DNA from: Faecousia sp.
Lineage (GTDB): Bacteria > Bacillota > Clostridia > Oscillospirales > Oscillospiraceae
Reading direction: 5' to 3'
DNA length: 64,000 nucleotides
Assembly: GCA_045124575.1 (NCBI GenBank)
Contig: JBGVMD010000011.1
Span: forward strand, 25 to 64,024
Below are positions 29,318 through 39,415 of this stretch, in pieces. The notes under the pieces were generated by a model. It was not told the DNA's origin and ran no database searches. It worked only from the letters and a program-made list of their open reading frames with translations. Made by a program: the position numbers and the translations under genes. Numbering within the stretch: the stretch's first letter is position 1; each line of letters starts with the position of its first letter.

Positions 29318-29662
29318 ATGGACGCAATCGAGATCGTTTTGCTATACGATTACTATGGTGATTTGCTCACTGATCGGCAGAAAGAATGCTTCGAATTGCG
29401 CTATTATCAGGACCTGTCCTTGGGCGAGATTGCTTCCGAACTGGGAATCAGCCGCCAGGGCGTGCATGAGAACCTGAGCCGTGCGGAAGCGCTGCTGCGC
29501 AATATGGAAGCCAAAACCGGATGTGCAAAACGGGATCAGCTTTGCCGCAAAGTCACCGATGTGATTTTGGAGAAAGCCACGCAGCTTTGTCAACACGCCG
29601 ATCCCACTGTTTCCGCTCTGGCCCAGCAGATCATTGCTGCAGCCCAGGGCATTGAGGAGTAA
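29318..29662 (+). CDS. ylxM: YlxM family HTH protein
   Basis: LYDYYGDLLT.RQ and DLSLGEIA....ISRQGV motifs; directly upstream of ffh. Confidence 0.92.
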   Translation: MDAIEIVLLYDYYGDLLTDRQKECFELRYYQDLSLGEIASELGISRQGVHENLSRAEALLRNMEAKTGCAKRDQLCRKVTDVILEKATQLCQHADPTVSALAQQIIAAAQGIEE

Positions 29663-29665
29663 ATT

Positions 29666-31012
29666 ATGGCATTTGAAGGCTTAACTGAAAAAATTTCCGC
29701 CACCTTCAAAAAGCTCCGTGGCAAGGGCCGTCTGAAAGAGTCCGATGTCAAGGAGGCTATGCGTGAAATCCGCATGGCGCTGCTGGAGGCGGATGTCAGC
29801 TATAAGGTTTGTAAGGATTTTACCAAGTCCGTCACCGAGCGCTGTGTTGGCGCAGATGTGCTGGAGTCCTTGACTCCGGCTCAGATGATCGTTAAGATCG
29901 TCAATGAAGAGCTCACCAAGCTGATGGGCTCTGATCAGAAACATATTACCATCAACCCCAACGGCCCCACCGTGGTTATGCTGGTGGGTCTGCAGGGTGC
30001 CGGTAAGACCACCAACGGTTCCAAGCTGGCTGGCCTTATGAAGCGCCAGGGCAGAAACCCGCTGCTGGTTGCTTGTGATATTTATCGTCCCGCGGCTATA
30101 CAGCAGTTGAAAGTCTGTGGCGAAAAGCTGGGCATCCCGGTATTTGAAAAGGGCACCCAGAATCCTGTGGAAACTGCCAAGGAAGCAGTGCTCTACGCCC
30201 GCCAGCGTGGTCATGACATGGTGTTCCTGGATACTGCCGGCCGCCTGCATGTGGACGAGGCGCTGATGGAAGAACTGAAAAACATCAAGGCTGCTGTGAA
30301 CCCCAGCGAAATTATGCTGGTGGTTGATGCCATGACCGGTCAGGACGCCGTTAACGCTGCCGAGAGCTTTAATAGCTGGCTGGATATCGACTCCGTCATG
30401 CTCAGTAAGCTGGATGGCGATGCCCGTGGCGGTGCGGCTTTGTCCGTTCGTGCCATCACCGGTAAGCCGGTCAAGTTCGCCGGTATGGGCGAAAAGCTGG
30501 AGGATATTGAGCCCTTCCATCCCGACCGTATGGCTTCCCGCATCTTGGGCATGGGCGATGTGCTGAGCCTCATCGAAAAGGCTGAAAAGGCCTATGACGC
30601 CAAGAAGGCCGCTGAGATGGAGGAGAAGCTTCGCTCCAATAGATTTACCCTGCAGGATTTCTACGAGAATCTGGTGCAGATGAAATCCATGGGCTCCATG
30701 CAGGATCTGCTGGCGCAGATGCCCGGTATGGGCAATATGAAGAACCTGCAGGTGGATGAGAAGCAACTGGCTCACACCGAGGCGATCATCCTGTCCATGA
30801 CCCCCAAGGAAAGGGAAAATCCCAGCATCATCGGTTCTTCCCGGAAGAAGCGTATTGCTGCCGGTGCAGGCCTGAAGGTAGAAGATGTGAACCGCCTCTT
30901 AAAGTCCTTCGAGCAGATGCAGAAGATGATGAAGCAGTTCTCCGGCCCCGGTATGGGTAAGAAGATGAAGCGTATGCGTGGCTTCGGCGGCATGGGCTTC
31001 CCCGGTTTTTAA
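29666..31012 (+). CDS. ffh: Signal recognition particle protein
   Basis: ALLEADV, GLQGAGKTT, DTAGR, DGDARGG and RILGMGD motifs; Met-rich M domain. Confidence 0.98.
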   Translation: MAFEGLTEKISATFKKLRGKGRLKESDVKEAMREIRMALLEADVSYKVCKDFTKSVTERCVGADVLESLTPAQMIVKIVNEELTKLMGSDQKHITINPNGPTVVMLVGLQGAGKTTNGSKLAGLMKRQGRNPLLVACDIYRPAAIQQLKVCGEKLGIPVFEKGTQNPVETAKEAVLYARQRGHDMVFLDTAGRLHVDEALMEELKNIKAAVNPSEIMLVVDAMTGQDAVNAAESFNSWLDIDSVMLSKLDGDARGGAALSVRAITGKPVKFAGMGEKLEDIEPFHPDRMASRILGMGDVLSLIEKAEKAYDAKKAAEMEEKLRSNRFTLQDFYENLVQMKSMGSMQDLLAQMPGMGNMKNLQVDEKQLAHTEAIILSMTPKERENPSIIGSSRKKRIAAGAGLKVEDVNRLLKSFEQMQKMMKQFSGPGMGKKMKRMRGFGGMGFPGF

Positions 31013-31079
31013 TCGATCGTTATAAGCAAATTGCTTTACGATATATTACTTTTTGAAAATTTTATGGAGGTGAATCTCA

Positions 31080-31319
31080 ATGGTTAAGATCAGACTCAGA
31101 AGAATGGGTGCTAAGAAGGCTCCTTACTACCGTATCGTTGTTGCTGACGCTCGCGCTCCCCGTGACGGCCGCTGCATCGAGGAAATCGGCACTTACAACC
31201 CCCTGACCGAGCCCGCTACCGTCACTGTTGATGTGGAGAAGGCTCAGACCTGGATCAAGAACGGCGCACAGCCCACCGACACCGTTCGTGGTCTGCTGAA
31301 GAAGGCTGGCGTGCTGTAA
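31080..31319 (+). CDS. rpsP: 30S ribosomal protein S16
   Basis: [21 protein letters not shown] and GAQPT motifs. Confidence 0.98.
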   Translation: MVKIRLRRMGAKKAPYYRIVVADARAPRDGRCIEEIGTYNPLTEPATVTVDVEKAQTWIKNGAQPTDTVRGLLKKAGVL

Positions 31320-31340
31320 TCCCCAAAGGAGATACGCGCA

Positions 31341-31571
31341 ATGAAAGAACTTTTGCTGTATATGGCAAAGAATCTGGTGGACCATCCCGATTCCGTCACT
31401 GTCACTGAACTGGACGGTGAGGACGGCAAGGTGCTGGAGCTGCGTGTTGCCGAGGGCGATATGGGCAAGGTGATCGGCCGCCAGGGTCGGATCGCGAAAG
31501 AGATCCGTACCATTATCAAGACCGTTGCACAGCGCACCGGTGAAAAAGTCACGGTGGAAATCGTGGACTAA
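31341..31571 (+). CDS. khpA: KH-domain RNA-binding protein KhpA
   Basis: LVDHP and DMGKVIGRQGR motifs; between rpsP and rimM. Confidence 0.93.
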   Translation: MKELLLYMAKNLVDHPDSVTVTELDGEDGKVLELRVAEGDMGKVIGRQGRIAKEIRTIIKTVAQRTGEKVTVEIVD

Positions 31572-31620
31572 AAACGGTTGTGCGTGACGAAAGTCACGCA
31601 TTTTCCGTTTCTAAGAGAAT

Positions 31621-31647
31621 GTAGGGCGGGGGCTTGCTCCCGCCGCC
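31621..31647 (+). repeat. Single GTAG-type REP
   Basis: GTAG followed by the hairpin GGCGGGGGC-tt-GCTCCCGCC in the khpA-rimM gap. Confidence 0.55.
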
Positions 31648-31669
31648 CACAATAACCAGGAGGCTACTT

Positions 31670-32161
31670 ATGAAACTCCAATTTATTAAGGCTGGTGAAA
31701 TCGTCACCACCCATGGCATCCGTGGTGAAGTGAAGGTCCTTTGTTGGCTGGATGACCCCCAGATGCTGTGTGAATTTGATCGTTGCCGCATTAGCGGAAA
31801 AGAATATACCATCGACCAGTGCCGAGTCCAAAAGACTTGCAATCTGGTCAAGCTCCAGGGCATCGACACCATGGGGGCTGCACAGCTCATGCGTGGCAAG
31901 GTGATCGAACTGTACCGGGAGGATATCGACGATGAGGTGATCTTCGCCGATGAGTTGAAGGGTGTGGAAGTTTTTGCCGATGGCGTATCCATTGGTAAAG
32001 TTATCGATGTGCTGGATTATCCCGGCAATAGTGTCTATGTGGTCAAGGGTCAGTACGAGTATATGATCCCTGCTGTCAGTCACTTTATCCTTTCCACCGA
32101 TCTGGCTGCCAACCGCATGGAAGTGAATTTGATCGAGGGAATGAGAACCGATGAGAATTGA
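31670..32161 (+). CDS. rimM: Ribosome maturation factor RimM
   Basis: G.I.TTHGIRGEVKV and IPAV motifs; synteny; RBS AGGAGG. Confidence 0.93.
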   Translation: MKLQFIKAGEIVTTHGIRGEVKVLCWLDDPQMLCEFDRCRISGKEYTIDQCRVQKTCNLVKLQGIDTMGAAQLMRGKVIELYREDIDDEVIFADELKGVEVFADGVSIGKVIDVLDYPGNSVYVVKGQYEYMIPAVSHFILSTDLAANRMEVNLIEGMRTDEN

Positions 32162-32909
32162 TATCATGACCCTGTTCCCGGAAACCTTGGGGGACGTTTT
32201 GTCTGAAAGCATCCTGGGCCGCGCCCAGGAGCGGGGCTTTATCAAGATCGACACTCACCAGATCCGGGACTATACTGCCAACAAGCAGAATCAGACCGAC
32301 GACTATCCCTACGGCGGTGGTCGTGGCGCGGTGATGACCGCAGACCCCTTGTACCGCTGTTGGGAAGCTATCTGCGACGAGGCTGCCGGCCCTGTGCATA
32401 CCATTTATATGTCCCCCTGCGGTCATACCTTCAAGCAGGCCGATGCTATCCGCCTAAGCAAGATGGAGAATATTATCATCGTCTGTGGTCACTACGAGGG
32501 CATCGACCAGCGTTTCATTGACGAGTGCGTGGACGAAGAGATCAGCTTGGGTGACTTTGTTCTCACCGGCGGTGAGATTGCCGCCATGGCCGTCACCGAT
32601 GCGGTGTGCCGTATGGTGCCCGGCGTTCTTGCCGATGCCGAATGCTTTGAGGATGAGAGCCATTTTAATGGTCTGCTGGAATATCCCCAGTACACTCGCC
32701 CCGCCGTCTGGCACGGCAGGGAAGTGCCTCAGATCCTTCTGTCCGGCAACCATGAAAAGGTGCGCCAGTGGCGTAGAAAGCAGTCCCTGCGCCGTACCCA
32801 GGCTCGCCGCCCGGATATGTACGAAAAACTGGACCTTTCCTCCAAGCAGGATAAAAAGCTGCTGAAGGAAATGGAGCTTGAGGATATGGAAAATGGAACT
32901 GAGGCTTGA
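32151..32909 (+). CDS. trmD: tRNA (guanine37-N1)-methyltransferase
   Basis: TLFP, YGGG, CGHYEGID, SLGDFVLTGGE and EYPQYTRP motifs. Confidence 0.98.
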   Translation: MRIDIMTLFPETLGDVLSESILGRAQERGFIKIDTHQIRDYTANKQNQTDDYPYGGGRGAVMTADPLYRCWEAICDEAAGPVHTIYMSPCGHTFKQADAIRLSKMENIIIVCGHYEGIDQRFIDECVDEEISLGDFVLTGGEIAAMAVTDAVCRMVPGVLADAECFEDESHFNGLLEYPQYTRPAVWHGREVPQILLSGNHEKVRQWRRKQSLRRTQARRPDMYEKLDLSSKQDKKLLKEMELEDMENGTEA

Positions 32910-33348
32910 AAAGGTAACGGCAGACAACTGGCGTAAGGCTACATTTCTAACCACAGATCCGGAAAGAAAAATTCCGCTTGACGAAAAATGGATCGCCAAC
33001 AACGCCTTTTCGCTGCTGCAATGCTGTTATGATCCGGATTGGGATTGCCGCCTTCTGATGGACGGGGAGACGGCAGTGGGCTTTGTGTTTTACGGTCTGG
33101 ACCGGGACACGGGCCACTATCTGCTCTGCCGCTATATGATCGATGTGGAGCATCAGCATAAGGGCTACGGGAAGGCGTTCCTGCCCATGGTGGTGGAGCT
33201 GATTTGCAGTCAGTATGGCTGCCGGGATGTCTATACTTCCGTCCACGATGATAATGCCCATTCCTTGCATCTGTTTACATCCTTTGGCTTTCAGCGAACC
33301 GAGGAAATGGATGCAGACGAGCGGGTCTATATCCTGCCTGGTACATAA
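32893..33348 (+). CDS. GNAT acetyltransferase (spermidine/spermine acetyltransferase-like)
   Basis: VT.DNW, RYMID..HQHKGYGK and N..S..LF..FGF motifs. Confidence 0.78.
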   Translation: MELRLEKVTADNWRKATFLTTDPERKIPLDEKWIANNAFSLLQCCYDPDWDCRLLMDGETAVGFVFYGLDRDTGHYLLCRYMIDVEHQHKGYGKAFLPMVVELICSQYGCRDVYTSVHDDNAHSLHLFTSFGFQRTEEMDADERVYILPGT

Positions 33349-33427
33349 AGTTTTACACTCACCGAATAACCGGTGGGTGTTGCTTTTTACTAATGAATTC
33401 GTTAAAATAAAGAAAAGGGGGCGTTTT

Positions 33428-34141
33428 ATGGAAAACCTTGAAATCTTGAAACAATGGATTGCCGAAAGCAAGAACATCGTCTTTTTCGGTGGCGCTGGTG
33501 TCAGTACGGAATCGGGCATCCCGGATTTCAGAAGTGTGGACGGTTTGTACAATCAGAAATTTGACTATCCGCCGGAGGTTATCATCTCCCATTCCTTCTA
33601 TGAGGGCCGTCCGGAGTATTTCTTCAACTTCTATCGGGAGAAAATGCTCCCCCTTGGTTTTGAACCCAACATTACCCATAAAGTGCTTGCTCGCTGGGAA
33701 GAGGAGGGGAAACTTTCCGCCGTGGTCACCCAGAACATCGACGGCCTGCACCAAAAGGCCGGATCCAACCGGGTCTACGAGCTCCACGGCTCCGTCCTTC
33801 GGAATTACTGTACTCGCTGCAGAAAATTCCATTCCGCCGAATTCATCAAGAATGCTTCCGGCGTGCCCCGTTGCGCTTGCGGCGGCATTGTCAAGCCCGA
33901 TGTGGTACTTTACGAAGAATCTTTGGATGAACGCACCATCGAGGGCGCCATCCATGCCATTGCCGCCGCCGATCTTCTGATCGTTGCGGGCACCAGCCTG
34001 ACGGTCTATCCTGCCGCCGGCTTGGTCAATTACTACCGTGGCAGCCGCCTTGTGCTCATCAACCGGGATGCAACGCCTTATGATGCACAGGCAGACTTGG
34101 TATTCCATAACAGCCTTGGCACTGTTTTTTCAAAACTATGA
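33428..34141 (+). CDS. cobB: NAD-dependent protein deacylase (sirtuin)
   Basis: GGAGVSTESGIPDFRS, TQNIDGLH, HGS and GTSL.VYPA motifs. Confidence 0.95.
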   Translation: MENLEILKQWIAESKNIVFFGGAGVSTESGIPDFRSVDGLYNQKFDYPPEVIISHSFYEGRPEYFFNFYREKMLPLGFEPNITHKVLARWEEEGKLSAVVTQNIDGLHQKAGSNRVYELHGSVLRNYCTRCRKFHSAEFIKNASGVPRCACGGIVKPDVVLYEESLDERTIEGAIHAIAAADLLIVAGTSLTVYPAAGLVNYYRGSRLVLINRDATPYDAQADLVFHNSLGTVFSKL

Positions 34142-34157
34142 TTATGTTTTATACTAA

Positions 34158-34185
34158 AAGGGCACCTGCCGCGGCAGGTGCCCTT
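34158..34185. terminator. Hairpin between convergent cobB and ThrE genes
   Basis: AAGGGCACCTGCC-gc-GGCAGGTGCCCTT. Confidence 0.7.
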
Positions 34186-34188
34186 GGT

Positions 34189-35436
34189 TTATTTCTTCTT
34201 TCGCTGTAGTTTCCACACCAACCACATCCGCATGGCGGTGGACACCAGCAGAACGCCTGCCGCCATCAAGCCGGCCAGTTCAATAGTCTTCATGCCCTGA
34301 ATGCTGAACATCCCCATATTGCCTCGTACAGCGTAATTCATGGTGTAATATAGACTTGCACCGGGGATCAGGGGGATCAAACCCAGCACCAAATATCCAA
34401 TGGCCGGACATTTGCGGATTCTGGCCATCACCTCGGAAAATACCGCAGTCACAAAGGAAGCGATAAAGGTTGCCATTCCGTCACCGCCGCCAATGGCCTC
34501 TACGATGGAATAGGAAAGCCAGCAGATTACACCGCCTAGCATGCAAAACACGATTCCCTTGCCGTGCACATTGAATAGAATACAGAAGCCCAGGCAACCA
34601 AAGGCGGTGGCAATACATTCATACATCAGCGTGTGGTTGACCACCGCAGCACTGATGGGTTCGCCCCAAAGGAGCGTGGCACAATTCCACGCCACAGCCG
34701 TACCACAGGCTATGGCAACTGCAATCAGCAGCACCTGCACAATGCGGTTGACGCCGGAGTTGGTATCGCCGTAAATAATGTCCCGCATGGCGTAAGTAAA
34801 TAGCAGTCCCGGCACCAGTACCATCACGGCACCAATGGTGGCCATGTCCGGCCGGGTACAGAGGCCTAATGCGCCGAAAATATAGGGGATCAACGCCAGG
34901 GGAATGGAAGCCAGCAACGTTTTGAAAAAATGGTTGGTTTGCAGCTGATCCATAAACATGACACTGGCACCAACGGCAACACCGGCGATGCCGCCGCAGA
35001 ATGCATCTGCCAAATCGCCGCCGAAGAAAATGGTAAAGGCAAACACGCTAATAAAGTAGCCAAGGAGCTGTGTTCCCCAATGATACTGACGCTTACTGGC
35101 AATGGCCTGGTTGAGCCACTGGCGCCCCAGCACATCATCCGGCTTTTCCGCACAGATTCGACGGCTCAGACCGGAAAAAACCTCTACAGAATCCAAATCA
35201 TTGCCGTGGAAACCCACACGACGCATTTCCGTCAAGGACTTTCCGTCAGGTAGAGTCACACTCACATGGATACAGTTGGGAATGGCATATACCTCCGGTT
35301 CAAGACCGTAGGATTTTAAAATGCGGGTGATGCTGTCCTCTACACGGAAGGTTTCCGCGCCGGACATGGACAGTTCATACCCCAAGTCTACTGCAAGGTC
35401 AAGTAGTTGATGGCAATCCATAATCTGTTTCCTCAC
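34189..35436 (-). CDS. Threonine/serine exporter family protein (ThrE and ThrE_2 halves in one polypeptide)
   Basis: SGAETFRVED, LVPG....AMRD and second-half IPLIPG motifs. Confidence 0.85.
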   Translation of the reverse strand: MRKQIMDCHQLLDLAVDLGYELSMSGAETFRVEDSITRILKSYGLEPEVYAIPNCIHVSVTLPDGKSLTEMRRVGFHGNDLDSVEVFSGLSRRICAEKPDDVLGRQWLNQAIASKRQYHWGTQLLGYFISVFAFTIFFGGDLADAFCGGIAGVAVGASVMFMDQLQTNHFFKTLLASIPLALIPYIFGALGLCTRPDMATIGAVMVLVPGLLFTYAMRDIIYGDTNSGVNRIVQVLLIAVAIACGTAVAWNCATLLWGEPISAAVVNHTLMYECIATAFGCLGFCILFNVHGKGIVFCMLGGVICWLSYSIVEAIGGGDGMATFIASFVTAVFSEVMARIRKCPAIGYLVLGLIPLIPGASLYYTMNYAVRGNMGMFSIQGMKTIELAGLMAAGVLLVSTAMRMWLVWKLQRKKK

Positions 35437-35545
35437 TTCTAGAAGCTGACGCCTACACTATATCACAATTGCATTCAAATGCAAGCGAAATTTTATCCGT
35501 ACAAATGAGAACCCCCACAGCGAAATAGCTGTGGGGTTATCCTAT

Positions 35546-36388
35546 TTACTTTCTGACAAACAGCACACCCAGAGTGCCGGGGCCGCAGTGGCAGGAAACG
35601 GTGCAACCGGCGGTGGTCTCGTAGGTTACACCAAAATGACCGTGTTCTGCTACGGTGTCCATGACTGCCTTATATTCCTCGTCGGAAACAGAGGTCTTGG
35701 TCACAAACAGAATTTCACGGGTCAGATCCTCCCGCTCTGCCAGCCGATCCTTTACATAGCTGGCCAGGCATTTGTTGTAGCTGCCGCGGTACTTCTTCAC
35801 CACGATCATCTTGCCGTCCCGCACTTCGATGCAGGGCTTCAGATTCAGCAGGTTGGCACCCAGTGCGGCAGCGGCAGAGCAGCGGCCACCCTTGACCAGA
35901 TAGTTCAGCTTATCCACCAGGAAGCTGGCCTCTACCTTGGCAGTAAAGGCCTGCACCTTTTCGTGCAGCTCCTCCAGAGAAGAGCATTCCTTGGCGAGCT
36001 TGCAAGCCTCCAACACCACCAGACCCTGGCCGGTGGACAGATTCATGGAGTCAACAACCTTGACATTATCAAAATCGGAAGCAGCGATGCTGGCGTTCTG
36101 ATAGCAGCTGGAGAAACCGGAGCCAATGGTGATCACAAGTACGCCGTCGTTTTCCTTGGCGTGTCTTTCAAATATATCAGCGTACTCACCCACGGAATTG
36201 GCAGAAGTGGAGCACAGCGCACCGCCGGCTGCTACATGGGCAAAGATCTCGTCGGGGGTAATGGTCACGCCGTCCTTAAATTCCTTGTCATCCTTTACGA
36301 CGGTGAGAGGGATCAAAGTAATGTTGTTCTCCTGCAGCAGCTGGGCAGACAGGTCACAGGTAGAATCAGAGAGAATTTTGATATTCAT
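35546..36388 (-). CDS. DegV family fatty-acid-binding protein
   Basis: DSTCDL, STS, VVDS, KGGR and HCGPG motifs. Confidence 0.93.
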   Translation of the reverse strand: MNIKILSDSTCDLSAQLLQENNITLIPLTVVKDDKEFKDGVTITPDEIFAHVAAGGALCSTSANSVGEYADIFERHAKENDGVLVITIGSGFSSCYQNASIAASDFDNVKVVDSMNLSTGQGLVVLEACKLAKECSSLEELHEKVQAFTAKVEASFLVDKLNYLVKGGRCSAAAALGANLLNLKPCIEVRDGKMIVVKKYRGSYNKCLASYVKDRLAEREDLTREILFVTKTSVSDEEYKAVMDTVAEHGHFGVTYETTAGCTVSCHCGPGTLGVLFVRK

Positions 36389-36409
36389 CTTTGTTTTTTC
36401 CTTTCAATG

Positions 36410-36763
36410 TTACAAACGTTCTTTCATCATAAAACAGTTGGGCTCTACATTGGTCTGGCGCATATAGCTGGCACCCCAGTCCCGCATGGCCACCAAAATG
36501 GGCATCAGACTCTTGCCCAATTCCGTCAGGGAATACTCCACCTTTGGCGGAACGATGGGAAACACTTCCCGGTGTACAAGCTGTTTGGCCTCTAGTTCCC
36601 GTAGCTGTTGGGTCAGCATCTTGGGGGTGATGCCCATAAGCAAGTCCCGCAGCTGGCTGTATCGCAGCTTCTCGGCAGAGAGATACCAAAGAATCAAGGC
36701 TTTGTATTTGCCGCCGATTAACTCCAACGTGGCCTCCACAGGACAGTTTTGTGCATTTTTCAA
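36410..36763 (-). CDS. HxlR-family winged-helix transcriptional regulator
   Basis: CPVE..L.LIGGK, ITPKMLTQQLRELE and VPPKVEYSLT motifs; TTG start with GGAGG. Confidence 0.93.
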   Translation of the reverse strand: MKNAQNCPVEATLELIGGKYKALILWYLSAEKLRYSQLRDLLMGITPKMLTQQLRELEAKQLVHREVFPIVPPKVEYSLTELGKSLMPILVAMRDWGASYMRQTNVEPNCFMMKERL

Positions 36764-36939
36764 GAAATACCTCCTTAGTATCCAAAATGATAGTATGGCA
36801 CAAAAAGGTGCATACTTGCAATTTTGGAATGTGGCTGTAAAATGTTAGCATAAATAAGAAAAAATGTCAATCAATTTTTCTTTTGAACGGTTGATTTTTA
36901 CCGGGGAATATCCGATAATATAATAAAAAGGGGACGAAT

Positions 36940-39405
36940 ATGAAGCTGAAATTTACAATTACCGGCATGACTTGTGCTGCTTGTTCCGCCCGTGTGGAGA
37001 AGGTGACATCAGCCGTATCCGGTGTCACCAAAGTAGAAGTGAATCTTCTGGCAGGAAAGATGACGGTGCAGGCAGACACGGATGTGTCCGCCGCCATTGA
37101 AAAGGCCGTGGTTGATGCAGGATATGGGATTGTGCAACCCGGTGAGCGGAAGCAGGAATCCAACCCTGCGGACACTGCGCAAAAGGAAATGAAGCGCCGC
37201 ATTATTGGTTCTGCGGTGTTTCTGGTTGTGCTCATGTATTTTACCATGGGCCACATGGTGGGCCTCCCGCTGCCTGGTTGGTATCATGGTCTAAAGAACG
37301 CCATGGTGGCCGCCTTGCTGCAGTTTTTGCTGACCCTGCCTGTCGTATACTTAAACCGAACCTATTATTCCCGGGGCTTGAAGGCATTGATAAACCGTGC
37401 GCCCAACATGGATTCACTGATTGCGGTGGGCTCCGGTGCTGCCTTGATTTATGGCATCATCGTGCAGTTTTTGATGGCTGCTGCCATGGGTCGTGAGGAT
37501 TGGGTATCTGTGGAGAAATACAGCCACAGCCTCTACTTTGAGTCCGCAGCCATGATTTTGACCTTGGTGACCCTGGGCAAGTTCCTGGAAACCCGTGCCA
37601 AGGGCAAAACCGGCGACGCCATCCGGCAGCTGATGAACCTGCGCCCCCAGACTGCCACCGTCCGTCGTGACGGTGTGGAGCAGGAAATCAGCGTAGAGGA
37701 CGTTCGTATCGGAGATGTTGTGATTGTCCGCTCCGGCGGTAGCATTCCCGTGGATGGACTGGTGCTTTCCGGTCGGGCTTCTGTGGATCAGAGCGCCCTC
37801 ACCGGTGAAAGTGTCCCAGTTGAAAAAGGGGAGGGGGATACGGTGGCAGCAGCCACCACCCTTAGCGCAGGTTACTTGGAACTAAAAGCAGAAAAGGTCG
37901 GAGAGGATACAACCCTTGCCCAAATCATCCGCATGGTGGAGGAAGCAGGTGGCTCCAAAGCCCCCATTGCCCGCCTTGCTGACAAAATTGCCGGCATTTT
38001 TGTGCCGGTGGTGATGTCCATTGCGGCGATTTCCTTCGCCGTCTGGATGTTTGCCGATAAGGGCCTGGAATTTTCCCTTTCTGCGGCCATCTCCGTTCTG
38101 GTGATCTCCTGTCCCTGCGCCTTGGGTTTGGCTACTCCGGTGGCCATCATGGTGGGCACAGGTCGCGGTGCCCGGATGGGTATTTTGTTCAAAAATGCTG
38201 CATCCTTGGAAAATCTGCACCGAGTGGATACGGTGGTACTGGATAAGACCGGTACGTTGACCACCGGAAAACCTGTGGTGACGGATATTCTTCCCAGCGA
38301 TGTTGGTGTGGGCAAGCTGCTTACCATTGCAGCTTCTTTGGAAGAAAAGAGCGAACACCCCTTTGCCCGTGCCATTTTAGAAAAAACACAAAATCTCACC
38401 TGTGCCCCTGCGGCTGATTTTGAAACTCTACCCGGTAGAGGCGTTACCGGTCTGATTGATGGTGTGCGTTATTTTGGTGGCAACCAGCGGTTGATGCAGG
38501 AGCAGGGTATTTGTGTTCCCGATTATCCGGAACTGGCAGCACAGGGCAAAACGCCGTTGTACTTTGCCTGTCAGGATGGCACATACCTGGGCGCGATCGC
38601 TGCCGCGGATGTACTGAAGGCGGACTCTGTGGAGGCAGTAACCGCCATGAAGAAGATGCACTTGGATGTGGTGATGCTCACCGGCGATAACGAAAAGACC
38701 GCCCGCTCCATTGCGGCTGTCGCGGGAATCGACCATATCATTGCCGATGTGCTGCCCGGTGACAAAGCCGACGCTGTGAAACGGCTGCAAGCAGAGAGAC
38801 GTAAGGTGCTCATGGTGGGCGACGGAATTAACGATGCCCCGGCACTGGTCACTGCGGATATTGGTATGGCCATTGGCGCCGGTACCGATGTGGCAGTGGA
38901 CTCTGCGGATGTGGTGCTGATGAGCGGTTCACTGACCGGCATCTGCAGGGCTGTGGAACTGAGCAAGGCCACCATCCGCAACATTCGACAGAATTTGTTC
39001 TGGGCATTCTTCTATAATAGTTTGGGTATTCCTGTGGCCTTCAGCGGCCTGCTGAGCCCCATGATCGGCTCTGCGGCTATGAGCCTAAGTTCTGTTTTTG
39101 TTGTTACCAATGCGCTCCGGCTGCGGCTGTTCCAGCCCAAATGTCAGGGAAATTTTGAAAATATTCCGGAAAATGCAGAAATCCTGGAAGTTGAGGAGGA
39201 AAAAATTATGGAAACAATCATCAAAGTAGAAGGTATGATGTGTAAGCACTGCAAAGCAATGGTGGAAAAGGTCTGTAAGGCTGTTCCCGGTACTGTGGAT
39301 GCAGTGGTTGATTTGGAAAAGAAACAGGTCACGGTTTACGGCTCTGCCGACGTGGCAGCGCTGAAGAAGGCGATTGTGGACGCCGATTACCAGGTCATTG
39401 AGTGA
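36940..39405 (+). CDS. copA: Cu(I)-translocating P1B-type ATPase with N- and C-terminal HMA domains
   Basis: [36 protein letters not shown] and MSLSS motifs; C-terminal GMMCKHC. Confidence 0.93.
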   Translation: MKLKFTITGMTCAACSARVEKVTSAVSGVTKVEVNLLAGKMTVQADTDVSAAIEKAVVDAGYGIVQPGERKQESNPADTAQKEMKRRIIGSAVFLVVLMYFTMGHMVGLPLPGWYHGLKNAMVAALLQFLLTLPVVYLNRTYYSRGLKALINRAPNMDSLIAVGSGAALIYGIIVQFLMAAAMGREDWVSVEKYSHSLYFESAAMILTLVTLGKFLETRAKGKTGDAIRQLMNLRPQTATVRRDGVEQEISVEDVRIGDVVIVRSGGSIPVDGLVLSGRASVDQSALTGESVPVEKGEGDTVAAATTLSAGYLELKAEKVGEDTTLAQIIRMVEEAGGSKAPIARLADKIAGIFVPVVMSIAAISFAVWMFADKGLEFSLSAAISVLVISCPCALGLATPVAIMVGTGRGARMGILFKNAASLENLHRVDTVVLDKTGTLTTGKPVVTDILPSDVGVGKLLTIAASLEEKSEHPFARAILEKTQNLTCAPAADFETLPGRGVTGLIDGVRYFGGNQRLMQEQGICVPDYPELAAQGKTPLYFACQDGTYLGAIAAADVLKADSVEAVTAMKKMHLDVVMLTGDNEKTARSIAAVAGIDHIIADVLPGDKADAVKRLQAERRKVLMVGDGINDAPALVTADIGMAIGAGTDVAVDSADVVLMSGSLTGICRAVELSKATIRNIRQNLFWAFFYNSLGIPVAFSGLLSPMIGSAAMSLSSVFVVTNALRLRLFQPKCQGNFENIPENAEILEVEEEKIMETIIKVEGMMCKHCKAMVEKVCKAVPGTVDAVVDLEKKQVTVYGSADVAALKKAIVDADYQVIE

Positions 39406-39415
39406 GGTGAAGCTT

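Noticed and set aside
35491-35506. AraR-like box TTTTATCCGTACAAAT
   Set aside because: Three mismatches to ATTTGTACGTACAAAT, and it lies upstream of a ThrE exporter far from the ara genes; likely chance.
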